Counted from the first letter of the stretch, positions 24,955-32,000 are shown. The stretch is DNA of 32,000 bases from an uncultured Candidatus Saccharibacteria bacterium (GCA_964396115.1 CAYNDL010000005.1:142-32141), one strand, 5' to 3'. Translations and numbers: made by a program. The notes: generated from the letters alone by a model not told the origin.

Positions 24955-25042
24955 CGTTCTTTCTCCTCAATTGTGTAAGGTGCGTTTTTCCAGCTTCGGT
25001 GCTGGCGAGTCACTCCGCTTGATTACGCCAATCCCGAAACAA

Positions 25043-25068
25043 AAACCTCCTGGTTTCCCAGGAGGTTT
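25043..25068 (-). terminator. Strong intrinsic terminator (or attenuator) 88 nt upstream of the amidoligase start codon
   Basis: Minus strand reads AAACCTCCTGG-GAAA-CCAGGAGGTTT followed by TTGTTTCGGG, so the T-run is TTTTTGTTT. Confidence 0.65.
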
Positions 25069-25088
25069 AGCTTTTGTCTAATAATTTA

Positions 25089-25211
25089 TTACAAAGTGGC
25101 TATAGAAACTCCTGGGTTTACGTGCGCAAGGTGCTTAATAAAAATGACGACCGTACGCAAGTCGGTTTTTGTAAACCAATACATGAAGCAGGAATTTCTC
25201 AAAATTTTCAT
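25089..25211 (-). CDS. Candidate 40-codon mini-gene (MKILRNSCFMYWFTKTDLRTVVIFIKHLAHVNPGVSIATL)
   Basis: Hand-translated and not in the ORF track. It is bracketed by a consensus-like promoter ending 7 nt before its ATG and by the terminator 20 nt after its stop. It could equally be a non-coding RNA. Confidence 0.25.
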   Translation of the reverse strand: MKILRNSCFMYWFTKTDLRTVVIFIKHLAHVNPGVSIATL

Positions 25212-25218
25212 AGTTTAA

Positions 25219-25247
25219 TTAATAAGTTCTTCCGTTAAGCAAGTCAA
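25219..25247 (-). promoter_or_regulatory. Candidate promoter driving the mini-gene or leader
   Basis: Minus strand reads TTGACT (25242-25247), 17 nt, TATTAA (25219-25224), 7 nt, ATG 25211. Confidence 0.4.
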
Positions 25248-25252
25248 GTGGG

Positions 25253-25360
25253 TTAGTACTTCAGGAACGGCAAGGCCAGGTAAGCAACAGTACCGATGGC
25301 AATGAATGCGGCCAAAATTCTCCAAACAATAAGCTTAATGTCGCGTTTCTTTTTACCCAT
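25253..25360 (-). CDS. Candidate 35-aa small membrane protein (MGKKKRDIKLIVWRILAAFIAIGTVAYLALPFLKY)
   Basis: Hand-translated. Basic N-terminus followed by a single hydrophobic helix. No clear RBS, which matches most native genes here. Confidence 0.3.
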   Translation of the reverse strand: MGKKKRDIKLIVWRILAAFIAIGTVAYLALPFLKY

Positions 25361-25438
25361 AGTGATGTAAGAATATCATAATTTCCTGAGGGGTATCCAG
25401 AAAACCATAAAATGAGAATATGGCATTTATTGATCAAT

Positions 25439-25467
25439 TTGACTCTTTTTACGTACTTTGTTATGTT
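25439..25467 (+). promoter_or_regulatory. Candidate promoter of the Wzz-like gene
   Basis: TTGACT (25439-25444), 17 nt, TATGTT (25462-25467), 8 nt, ATG 25476. Confidence 0.4.
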
Positions 25468-25475
25468 TTTTCGCT

Positions 25476-26198
25476 ATGCCAAAAAAACGGCCTTTTCAAT
25501 TTTTCTTGCTCTTCATTGCAGCGGGTATTTTTTTGGTTGCGGTTGGCTTTGTTGGTCTATTGCCGATGGCATCGGAAACAAAAGTGTTGGTAGTTTCTCA
25601 GGCTCCTGTTGGTGCAGGTGACTTTAATCTTGCCGTTGAAGCAACTGAAAAAGTTACTCGGACTTTGGCAGAGTACGCAAATTTTGAAGAATTCCGTGAA
25701 GGCATTTTGGCGAGCGGTTTTCAGTCAACAAACGAATTGTTTGTTGGTTCGAAAGAGGAGTCCTATAACTTATGGAGACGGGTTATTAAAATTGAGCCCG
25801 TTGAGGATGCGTTTGTCATTAAAATAAAAGCAAAAGGAGCCTCTTTTTTTGAGTCGCAACAACTTGTCGCGGTGATTGGACAGTACCTGGTTTTGGAAAT
25901 ACCAAGAATTATCGGCGGCGGACTTGTGAGGGGAATTGTTGATCGTCCGACTGTAGTTTATGTCTGGCCCAGAGAGCTTTCCATATCGATAGCCGTGGCT
26001 GGAGCGTTTTCTTTGGTGGCGGGTTCGATTGGCCTAGTTTTTCTAATGCTCAACCGCTATTTTTCACAATCTATGAAACCTGTAGCAGTTAGTATGAAAA
26101 CTTCAAACTTCGCGGGTAAAACCGGCGGGCCAAAAGTAAAGGATGAGGAAGCGAAAGAACTTCTTCAGAAATTTCTTAACGACAATCAAGGCAAATAA
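25476..26198 (+). CDS. Two-TM envelope protein with polysaccharide co-polymerase (Wzz)-like topology
   Basis: An N-terminal TM helix (FFLLFIAAGIFLVAVGFVGLL), about 150 extracytoplasmic residues and a C-terminal TM helix (ISIAVAGAFSLVAGSIGLVFLML). It heads a glycan gene cluster. The call rests on topology only. Confidence 0.4.
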   Translation: MPKKRPFQFFLLFIAAGIFLVAVGFVGLLPMASETKVLVVSQAPVGAGDFNLAVEATEKVTRTLAEYANFEEFREGILASGFQSTNELFVGSKEESYNLWRRVIKIEPVEDAFVIKIKAKGASFFESQQLVAVIGQYLVLEIPRIIGGGLVRGIVDRPTVVYVWPRELSISIAVAGAFSLVAGSIGLVFLMLNRYFSQSMKPVAVSMKTSNFAGKTGGPKVKDEEAKELLQKFLNDNQGK

Positions 26199-26241
26199 AT
26201 TTATCTTTGCTTTTCATAAAGAAAACTTCTAAACTACGGAC

Positions 26242-26670
26242 ATGATTGAACAAGTACAAAAAGAACCATGTAAGAAAGTAACGACCTATTCGGCAGGAAC
26301 AAAGGATCCGAATGGGCACCTGATTGAACTTTATAAAGACGGTGATAAAACAGTCGTTTATCTAACCGTTGCTAAGCCGGGAGCCTTTAAGGGCTACCAT
26401 CTGCATAACGAACGCCAGAGTCATTATGTTTGCGTCCGAGGCAAAGCCAAAATAACTGTTGTGGAGGGAACACAAAAAGTTGAGCACATTTTGGATGCGG
26501 AAAAACCAGAAAGATTGCTTCTTCCCACGAAGGTATATATCGGGATCGAAAACATCGGTGACGAAGAAGCTTGGATGATTAACTTTCCTCATCCCGCGTA
26601 TGATCCATCTCTGAAAGGCGAACAAGAAGACAAAACTCCCGCGGAGATTGAGCAACAACTGAAAGGGTAA
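26242..26670 (+). CDS. RmlC-like cupin (candidate dTDP-4-dehydrorhamnose 3,5-epimerase or sugar ketoisomerase)
   Basis: 142 aa. Cupin core DPNGHLIELYK...FKGYHLHNERQSHYVCVRGKAKI. It sits upstream of rmlB and rmlD, and no other rmlC is in the window. Confidence 0.5.
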   Translation: MIEQVQKEPCKKVTTYSAGTKDPNGHLIELYKDGDKTVVYLTVAKPGAFKGYHLHNERQSHYVCVRGKAKITVVEGTQKVEHILDAEKPERLLLPTKVYIGIENIGDEEAWMINFPHPAYDPSLKGEQEDKTPAEIEQQLKG

Positions 26671-26673
26671 GCA

Positions 26674-27681
26674 ATGAAAGTATTAGTCACAGGTGGTGCT
26701 GGTTCGATCGGGACCTATGTCGTTCGCGCACTTTTGTCTCGCGGGGACGAGGTCGTAATCGTTGACGACTTCAACGATTTTTATGATCCAGAATTGAAGC
26801 GTGCCCGTTTGGCGGCGTTGCTTCATGGTTTCCAGATGCCCGAAATAATCGAATGCGACATTCGGGAAGAAAAGAAGCTCGGAGAAATTTTTGCCCGCGT
26901 TAAGCCGGTGAAAGTGATTCATCTGGCTGCATGGGCGGCCGTCCGTCCCTCAGTGGAAAATCCACTTCTTTACACCCAGGTGAACGTGGATGGCACAGTA
27001 AATGTTTTTCAGGAGTCGGTTAAGAACGGGGTAGAGAATATTGTATTCGCTTCCTCGTCATCCGTTTATGGCCGAAACCTGGTGCCGCCTTACAGCGAAG
27101 ATGTCCCGTGTGACATGCCTATCGCTCCGTACGCTGCTTCAAAGAGGACCGGTGAATTGTACGGCTGGATGTACCACTACTTACACAAATTGCCGATCGC
27201 GTGCCTCCGCTTCTTCACTGTTTACGGACCGTGGATCCGTCCGGACATGGCAACGTGGAGATTTACGGAAAGAATCGATCAGGGCAAGGAAATCAGCCTG
27301 AACAAGTTCGCCGTGGACGGTTCCGAAGTTAAGAGAGACTTCACATATGTTGATGATATTGTAGCCGGTATCCTTGCTAGTCTGGATCGCAATAAGGCAT
27401 TCGACATTATCAATCTCGGCAACAACGATCCTGTTGCCTTAACTAGGTTTGTGAAAGCAATCGAAAATGGGATTGGCAAAGAAGCCAAGATAGTTGAGCG
27501 CCAACTGCCTGCTGAAGAAGCAATTGCCACGGCTGCCGACCTGACTCATGCCAAAAAAGTTTTGGGCTATGCTCCAACAACTTCCATCGAGCAAGGTATC
27601 GCCAATTTCACTGCTTGGTACAAAGGCGAATATAAGGAAAGATTCCCCGAAGGGATCGCCAAGTCGCCATACTGGTCTTAA
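26674..27681 (+). CDS. NAD-dependent sugar epimerase, UDP-glucuronate 4-epimerase-like SDR
   Basis: VLVTGGAGSIG, YAASKRTGE (YxxxK), and RFFTVYGPWIRPDMA, which is characteristic of the UDP-GlcA 4-epimerase group. Confidence 0.75.
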   Translation: MKVLVTGGAGSIGTYVVRALLSRGDEVVIVDDFNDFYDPELKRARLAALLHGFQMPEIIECDIREEKKLGEIFARVKPVKVIHLAAWAAVRPSVENPLLYTQVNVDGTVNVFQESVKNGVENIVFASSSSVYGRNLVPPYSEDVPCDMPIAPYAASKRTGELYGWMYHYLHKLPIACLRFFTVYGPWIRPDMATWRFTERIDQGKEISLNKFAVDGSEVKRDFTYVDDIVAGILASLDRNKAFDIINLGNNDPVALTRFVKAIENGIGKEAKIVERQLPAEEAIATAADLTHAKKVLGYAPTTSIEQGIANFTAWYKGEYKERFPEGIAKSPYWS

Positions 27682-27685
27682 CCTC

Positions 27686-27710
27686 AAGCCCCGGCTGGTC
27701 CGGGGTTTTA
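27686..27710 (+). terminator. Intrinsic terminator
   Basis: Stem ccccgg/ccgggg (27689-27694 / 27700-27705) followed by TTTT. Confidence 0.55.
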
Positions 27711-27754
27711 AAAAACTTGGTTTTCCACCTTAAATTTGTTATCCTCGCTTTATA

Positions 27755-28756
27755 ATGAACATACTTGTAACAGGCGGTGCGGGGTTTATCGGCTCAGCTT
27801 TTGTACGTCTTTTAGCGAAGAAAAGATCGGACTGGAAAGTTGTGGTCCTCGATAAGCTAACGTACGCCGGAAATCTGGACAACTTAAAGGATATAGAAGG
27901 AAAATATAAATTCGTTAAGGGAGACATCGCCGATGCACAGTTGGTTCGCGACACACTGGCAAAAGAGGGTATCGATGCCATTGTTAATTTTGCAGCAGAG
28001 TCGCATGTAGACCGTTCTATTATGAGTGGTCTGGAGTTTATTGAGACCGATGTGATGGGTACGTACGTTTTGTTAAACGAGGGACGAGCAGCAGGTATCA
28101 AACGCTATGTGCAGGTAAGCACTGATGAAGTGTACGGAACAATCCCGACTGGCTCCTGGACTGAAGATTCACCGGTGTTGCCTAATAGTCCGTATTCTGC
28201 TTCAAAAGCTGGGGGCGATATGCAGGTTCGAGCTGCGTTTAGAACGTATGGTTTTCCCGCAATGATTACGCGTGGTTCCAATACGTATGGACCGCACCAG
28301 TACCCTGAGAAACTAATCCCGCTCTTCATTACGAACTTAATGGAAGGTAAAAAAGTTCCTGTTTATGGTGACGGGATGCAGGTGCGCGACTGGCTTTATG
28401 TTGACGACCACTGCAATGGCATATTGACCGTTTTAGAAATGGGAGTGCCTGGTGAAATTTACAACCTTGGGAGTGAAGAAGAAAAGAAAAATATTGAAGT
28501 CACTAGAGCCCTTATCAGTACTCTTGGTTTGAATGAAGACAGTATCGAATACGTCAAGGACCGGGCTGGGCACGACCGGCGTTATTCCATGAACAGCGCG
28601 AAAACAGCGGCTATTGGGTGGCACCCAGAAGTTAATTTTGAAGAGGGGTTACGCCGTACAGTTGAGTGGTACAAGAATAACCAAGACTGGTGGAAGCCCC
28701 TGAAAGACGGTTCGTACAACGAGTATTACAAGCAACAGTATATCGAGCGTAAGTAA
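27755..28756 (+). CDS. rfbB: dTDP-glucose 4,6-dehydratase
   Basis: ILVTGGAGFIGS, DKLTYAGNL, STDEVYG, YSASKAGGD and the RmlB-typical C-terminus (RPGHDRRY-like AGHDRRYSM). Confidence 0.9.
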   Translation: MNILVTGGAGFIGSAFVRLLAKKRSDWKVVVLDKLTYAGNLDNLKDIEGKYKFVKGDIADAQLVRDTLAKEGIDAIVNFAAESHVDRSIMSGLEFIETDVMGTYVLLNEGRAAGIKRYVQVSTDEVYGTIPTGSWTEDSPVLPNSPYSASKAGGDMQVRAAFRTYGFPAMITRGSNTYGPHQYPEKLIPLFITNLMEGKKVPVYGDGMQVRDWLYVDDHCNGILTVLEMGVPGEIYNLGSEEEKKNIEVTRALISTLGLNEDSIEYVKDRAGHDRRYSMNSAKTAAIGWHPEVNFEEGLRRTVEWYKNNQDWWKPLKDGSYNEYYKQQYIERK

Positions 28757-28757
28757 T

Positions 28758-29600
28758 ATGCAGGTATTAATTTTGGGTGCGAAAGGTATGTTGGGCAACG
28801 CCCTGCAAAGAGCTTTTGAATCCGAAGAAGTGATTGCGTGGGACAGGGATGACTTGGATATAACAAATAGGGAAGAAGTTTTAAGGCATATCCAAGCAAT
28901 CGAGCCGGATGTTGTGATTAATGCGGCAGCATATACGAATGTTGAACAAGCAGAAGCAGAACCTGAAATTGCCAACAAGGTAAATGGCGAAGCAGTTGGC
29001 TACATTGCTGAAGCCTGTGCTGGCTTAAACATCCCCGTTATCCACTATTCAACGGACTACGTGTTTGCTTCAGAGAAAAAAGAAGGATATTCGGAAGAAG
29101 AAGTACCCAATGGTGTCCCGATAAATACCTATGGTCGTTCGAAGTTGTTGGGTGAAAAAAAGTTACAAGAGAAAACTGGTAAGTTCTGGTTGATCCGGAC
29201 CGCCTGGCTGTTTGGCCCTTACGGAAAAAATTTCGTGGAGACAATGGTCCGCATGGGAAAAGAAAAAAAGGAACTGAGCGTGGTAGGGGATCAGCACGGC
29301 AGTCCTACTTATACCAAGGACCTCGCACAAGCCACCTTCAAGTTGGTACACGATAATCCTGAGTATGGTGTTTATCATCTTACAAACGGCGGTAACACTA
29401 CCTGGGCTGAATTTGCTGAAACAATTTTTAAGCTTTGCGGAATGGATGTTGTTGTGAAGCCAATTTCTTCTGTTGAATATTCAGGGAAAGCCAAACGTCC
29501 GCAGTGGTCTGTTTTAAAAAATACAAAAAGGCCTCTATTGCGCGACTGGCGCGAGGCGGTAAAGGACTATATTAATGTTTTAAACGTAAAAAATCCATGA
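28758..29600 (+). CDS. rfbD: dTDP-4-dehydrorhamnose reductase
   Basis: VLILGAKGMLG, INAAAYTNVEQAE, YGRSKLLGE, DQHGSPTYTKDLA are typical RmlD blocks. Confidence 0.9.
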   Translation: MQVLILGAKGMLGNALQRAFESEEVIAWDRDDLDITNREEVLRHIQAIEPDVVINAAAYTNVEQAEAEPEIANKVNGEAVGYIAEACAGLNIPVIHYSTDYVFASEKKEGYSEEEVPNGVPINTYGRSKLLGEKKLQEKTGKFWLIRTAWLFGPYGKNFVETMVRMGKEKKELSVVGDQHGSPTYTKDLAQATFKLVHDNPEYGVYHLTNGGNTTWAEFAETIFKLCGMDVVVKPISSVEYSGKAKRPQWSVLKNTKRPLLRDWREAVKDYINVLNVKNP

Positions 29601-30160
29601 TCAATGTTGACCTAAAAAAAGAATCATCAGAACTCGGCCAGGTCTTGTCCGCCTTGGATGAAAACTTTTTTGCCAGTGTCGCAAGGGCGGCGGAACTATT
29701 AAATAAAACTTTCGAGAACGGAAACAAAGTGCTCATTTGTGGCAACGGTGGAAGTGCTGCCGAAGCCCAGCATTTCTCTGATGAAATGATTGGCCGGTTT
29801 AAAAAAGACAGGCGCCCTTATCCTGTGATTGCGCTGACGGCAGATAGTGCTGCGATCACTTGTATTGCCAATGATTTTGGTTATGAGGAAGTTTTTGCCA
29901 GGCAAGTTGAGGGTTTGGGTAAAGAAGGTGATTTGTTAATTGGTATTTCGACGTCCGGCAATTCTAAAAATATATTGAAGGCGGTAGAGGTGGCTAAAGG
30001 AAAAGGGATGAAGGTGTTGGCTTTGACCGCTCCCAGGGGATCACTGAGGGAAGTCTCGGACGTATCAATTGAATCACCTGCGACAGTAACAGCAAGGATC
30101 CAAGAAATCCATTTGCACGTCGTGCATCTCTTAAGTGAATATTTTGAAGAACAAACTTAA
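29597..30160 (+). CDS. gmhA: Sedoheptulose-7-phosphate isomerase (SIS domain)
   Basis: ICGNGGSAAEAQHFSDEMIGRF and ISTSGNSKNIL. ATGA overlap with rfbD. Confidence 0.85.
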   Translation: MINVDLKKESSELGQVLSALDENFFASVARAAELLNKTFENGNKVLICGNGGSAAEAQHFSDEMIGRFKKDRRPYPVIALTADSAAITCIANDFGYEEVFARQVEGLGKEGDLLIGISTSGNSKNILKAVEVAKGKGMKVLALTAPRGSLREVSDVSIESPATVTARIQEIHLHVVHLLSEYFEEQT

Positions 30161-30177
30161 CTTGTAAACTGAAAACC

Positions 30178-30738
30178 ATGAGTGACGAAGGAAAGAAAAT
30201 AATAATTTTGGATAGAGATGGGACAATAAATGTCGATAAAAAGTTTGTGCACCGCATCGAGCAAGTAGAGCTTATCGAGGGAGTGCCGGATGGTCTTCGC
30301 TTGTTGGAAGGCGCCGGTTACATACTCGCAATTGCGACCAATCAATCCGGGGTCGCACGGGGAAGGTTCACTGAGAGCGATGTCCAAAATGTGAATAACT
30401 ACGTCCGCACCATTCTGGCAGAACGAGGTGTACATATAAGAGCCATTGCCTACTGCCCCTTTCACGTCGAAGGTTCGGTGCCTAAGTATGCCGTTGATAA
30501 TGAATGTCGCAAACCAAAGACCGGAATGGCCAAACAGATTGAGGGTGTGATAGGCCCCATTGATTATAAGAATTCGTGGTCAATCGGCGACAAGATTAGT
30601 GATCATGAGTTTGGTGTTGCTTTGGGTATGAAAACCGCCTTAATCAGGAGTGAATACTGGACCGAGGCTCCAAATCCAGCCCCGACTTTGGTGGTTAATT
30701 CTCTGCTGGAAGCAGCACAAAAAATTAAAACACTATAA
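30178..30738 (+). CDS. gmhB: D,D-heptose 1,7-bisphosphate phosphatase (HAD-IIIA)
   Basis: ILDRDGTIN, ATNQSGVARG, CRKPKTGM and GDKISD motifs. Confidence 0.8.
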   Translation: MSDEGKKIIILDRDGTINVDKKFVHRIEQVELIEGVPDGLRLLEGAGYILAIATNQSGVARGRFTESDVQNVNNYVRTILAERGVHIRAIAYCPFHVEGSVPKYAVDNECRKPKTGMAKQIEGVIGPIDYKNSWSIGDKISDHEFGVALGMKTALIRSEYWTEAPNPAPTLVVNSLLEAAQKIKTL

Positions 30739-30740
30739 CT

Positions 30741-31247
30741 ATGCAATTCGATCCCGTTTATTCGTGGTGTGCAGGCAAGGTATTGTCCAAGGAGGAAGCC
30801 AAACAAAAAGCAGATGAATTACGTACCCAGGGCAAAAAAATCGTGACCGTTAACGGCTCTTTCGATTTATTGCATCCCGGCCATCTTATTTTATTGTCCG
30901 AAGCCAAGAAGCAGGGCGATGTACTTTTTGTTGGCATAAACACTGATTGCTCGGTTAAGCAATATAAAGGGGAAAGCAGGCCAATAATTCCAGAAGACGA
31001 AAGGATCGCAATGTTGGGAGGGCTCGCTGCTGTAGATTTCATTGTGCCGATCCCAGAATCTGAAGCAGGACGTGAAATCCTACTCACCGTACACCCAAAT
31101 GTTCATGTGAATGGATCAGAGTATGGCGAGCCGGAGACGTGGGTCGAGTGGCCGGCAATCTCAGAAGTTGGCGCCACTCCTTATAAAGTTACCCGCCAAC
31201 CAAATTTGGCGACAACCGATATTATTAAAAAAATAAAAGAACTGTAA
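30741..31247 (+). CDS. Cytidylyltransferase-fold protein, RfaE domain II-like (heptose-1-phosphate adenylyltransferase)
   Basis: VNGSFDLLHPGHLILLSEAKKQGDVLFVGINTD (an HxGH-type nucleotidyltransferase motif). Position directly after gmhA and gmhB. Confidence 0.7.
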   Translation: MQFDPVYSWCAGKVLSKEEAKQKADELRTQGKKIVTVNGSFDLLHPGHLILLSEAKKQGDVLFVGINTDCSVKQYKGESRPIIPEDERIAMLGGLAAVDFIVPIPESEAGREILLTVHPNVHVNGSEYGEPETWVEWPAISEVGATPYKVTRQPNLATTDIIKKIKEL

Positions 31248-31286
31248 AAAAATATGTGGAGGGTTTTTCGCAAGTGGTCAAATCTT

Positions 31287-31295
31287 TGTTATAAT
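31287..31295 (+). promoter_or_regulatory. Candidate extended -10 promoter (TGTTATAAT) 8 nt upstream of the start codon
   Basis: TGn-TATAAT consensus at 31287-31295. An in-frame TAA at 31292-31294 excludes upstream starts. No SD before ATG 31304. Confidence 0.4.
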
Positions 31296-31303
31296 TTGAG
31301 CTG

Positions 31304-32000
31304 ATGTTTAGGCTTGCGTACTTTGAAGCGGAGGGAGATGAGCCACGAAAGCTTAGGGGGGCGTTTCCAAAATTCAACCTTACAGTTCTCCCTGATCCAT
31401 TAAATGAGGAGACTTGTGCTGCGGCCGATGATGCAGATATCTTGTCAGTGTTTGTTGGGTCCAAGGTGACCGAAGAAGTTATTGATCAGATGCCCAATTT
31501 GAAAATGATCTCGACGCGTTCAACCGGCTTCGACCACATTGACCTTAAGGCCTGCGCAAAACGAAATATTATCGTTTCGAATGTCCCCACTTATGGTGAA
31601 AATACTGTAGCTGAACATGCTTTTGCCTTGATCTTGGCCTTATCGCGAAAAATATTCCAATCATACGAACGTACCGAAAAAATGAATTTCGACCGGCATG
31701 GTTTGCAGGGGTTTGATCTCTTTGGAAAAACTCTGGGAGTTGTTGGGACAGGAAATATTGGTAAACATGCGGTAAAGATCGGGAGAGGTTTTTCTATGCA
31801 TGTGATTGCATATGATGCTAGACCAGACCAACGTGTGGCCGCGGACTTGAATTTTCAATATGCTGATACCCTCGAAGACTTGCTTGCCCAAAGTGATGTT
31901 ATTACCCTGCACGTTCCTTATTTACCCGCTACTCATCACTTAATAAACGAAAAGAACGTAAGGAAGATAAAAAAAGGAGCTATTTTGGTAAACACCTCCA
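31304..32000 (+). CDS. D-isomer-specific 2-hydroxyacid dehydrogenase (LdhA-like), 3' end outside window
   Basis: Hand-translated and open to the window end. ISTRSTGFDHIDL, NVPTYGENTVAEHAFALILAL and the NAD motif GVVGTGNIGKH. Confidence 0.85.
   Translation, partial: MFRLAYFEAEGDEPRKLRGAFPKFNLTVLPDPLNEETCAAADDADILSVFVGSKVTEEVIDQMPNLKMISTRSTGFDHIDLKACAKRNIIVSNVPTYGENTVAEHAFALILALSRKIFQSYERTEKMNFDRHGLQGFDLFGKTLGVVGTGNIGKHAVKIGRGFSMHVIAYDARPDQRVAADLNFQYADTLEDLLAQSDVITLHVPYLPATHHLINEKNVRKIKKGAILVNTS

Noticed and set aside
25412-25621. 69-aa plus-strand ORF overlapping the start of the Wzz-like gene
   Set aside because: It is in a different frame from the longer, topologically sensible 25476..26198 CDS. 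The product is Cys/Phe/Trp-rich and looks like out-of-frame translation.
1-32000. CRISPR arrays, rRNA/tRNA genes, transposases or integrases, and long direct or inverted repeats flanking the GC-rich segments
   Set aside because: Reading the intergenic regions, I saw no regularly spaced repeats, no rRNA-like or tRNA-like sequence, no recombinase-like ORF and no att-like duplications. The GC-rich segments are therefore not called mobile elements.
1-32000. Alternative genetic code (UGA as a sense codon, as in SR1/Gracilibacteria)
   Set aside because: TGA terminates several well-delimited genes at family-appropriate lengths (for example 1787, 9416, 10888, 17840 and 23158), and conserved genes contain no in-frame TGA.

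Overview
The window looks like a small-genome, moderate-GC bacterium, and the ribosomal protein and RpoA sequences resemble Patescibacteria/CPR (inference only). The standard genetic code applies, since TGA is used as a stop. From left to right: the 3' end of alaS; a translationally coupled pair of unknown proteins; a GC-rich cytosine-deaminase-like amidohydrolase on the minus strand; the block infA-rpmJ-rpsM-rpsK-rpsD-rpoA-rplQ-rplM-rpsI; a very GC-rich mini-island with a small secreted protein next to a SAMHD1-type HD phosphohydrolase; a membrane-anchored cupredoxin; lexA; two GT4 glycosyltransferases; a 936-aa DUF4012-type protein coupled to murJ; and lepA. A minus-strand block follows (GspS-like ATP-grasp amidoligase, S58/DmpA aminopeptidase, aspartate racemase). 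The window ends with a cell-surface glycan cluster (Wzz-like protein, RmlC-like cupin, UDP-GlcA-epimerase-like SDR, rmlB, rmlD, gmhA, gmhB, heptose-1-P adenylyltransferase-like) and a truncated D-2-hydroxyacid dehydrogenase. I saw no rRNA, tRNA, CRISPR array, transposase or integrase. The best candidate for something new is the self-contained GC-rich cassette at about 23.1-25.25 kb. It encodes a 598-aa GspS-like amidoligase with an unrecognised N-terminal domain, preceded by a promoter, a 40-codon mini-gene and a terminator, and it sits beside a DmpA-racemase pair. Other signals are Shine-Dalgarno-less, apparently leaderless native genes contrasting with SD-bearing GC-rich genes, and a GTTC-N7-GTTC direct repeat inside the lexA promoter. 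All family calls come from motif recognition by eye, and no searches were run.
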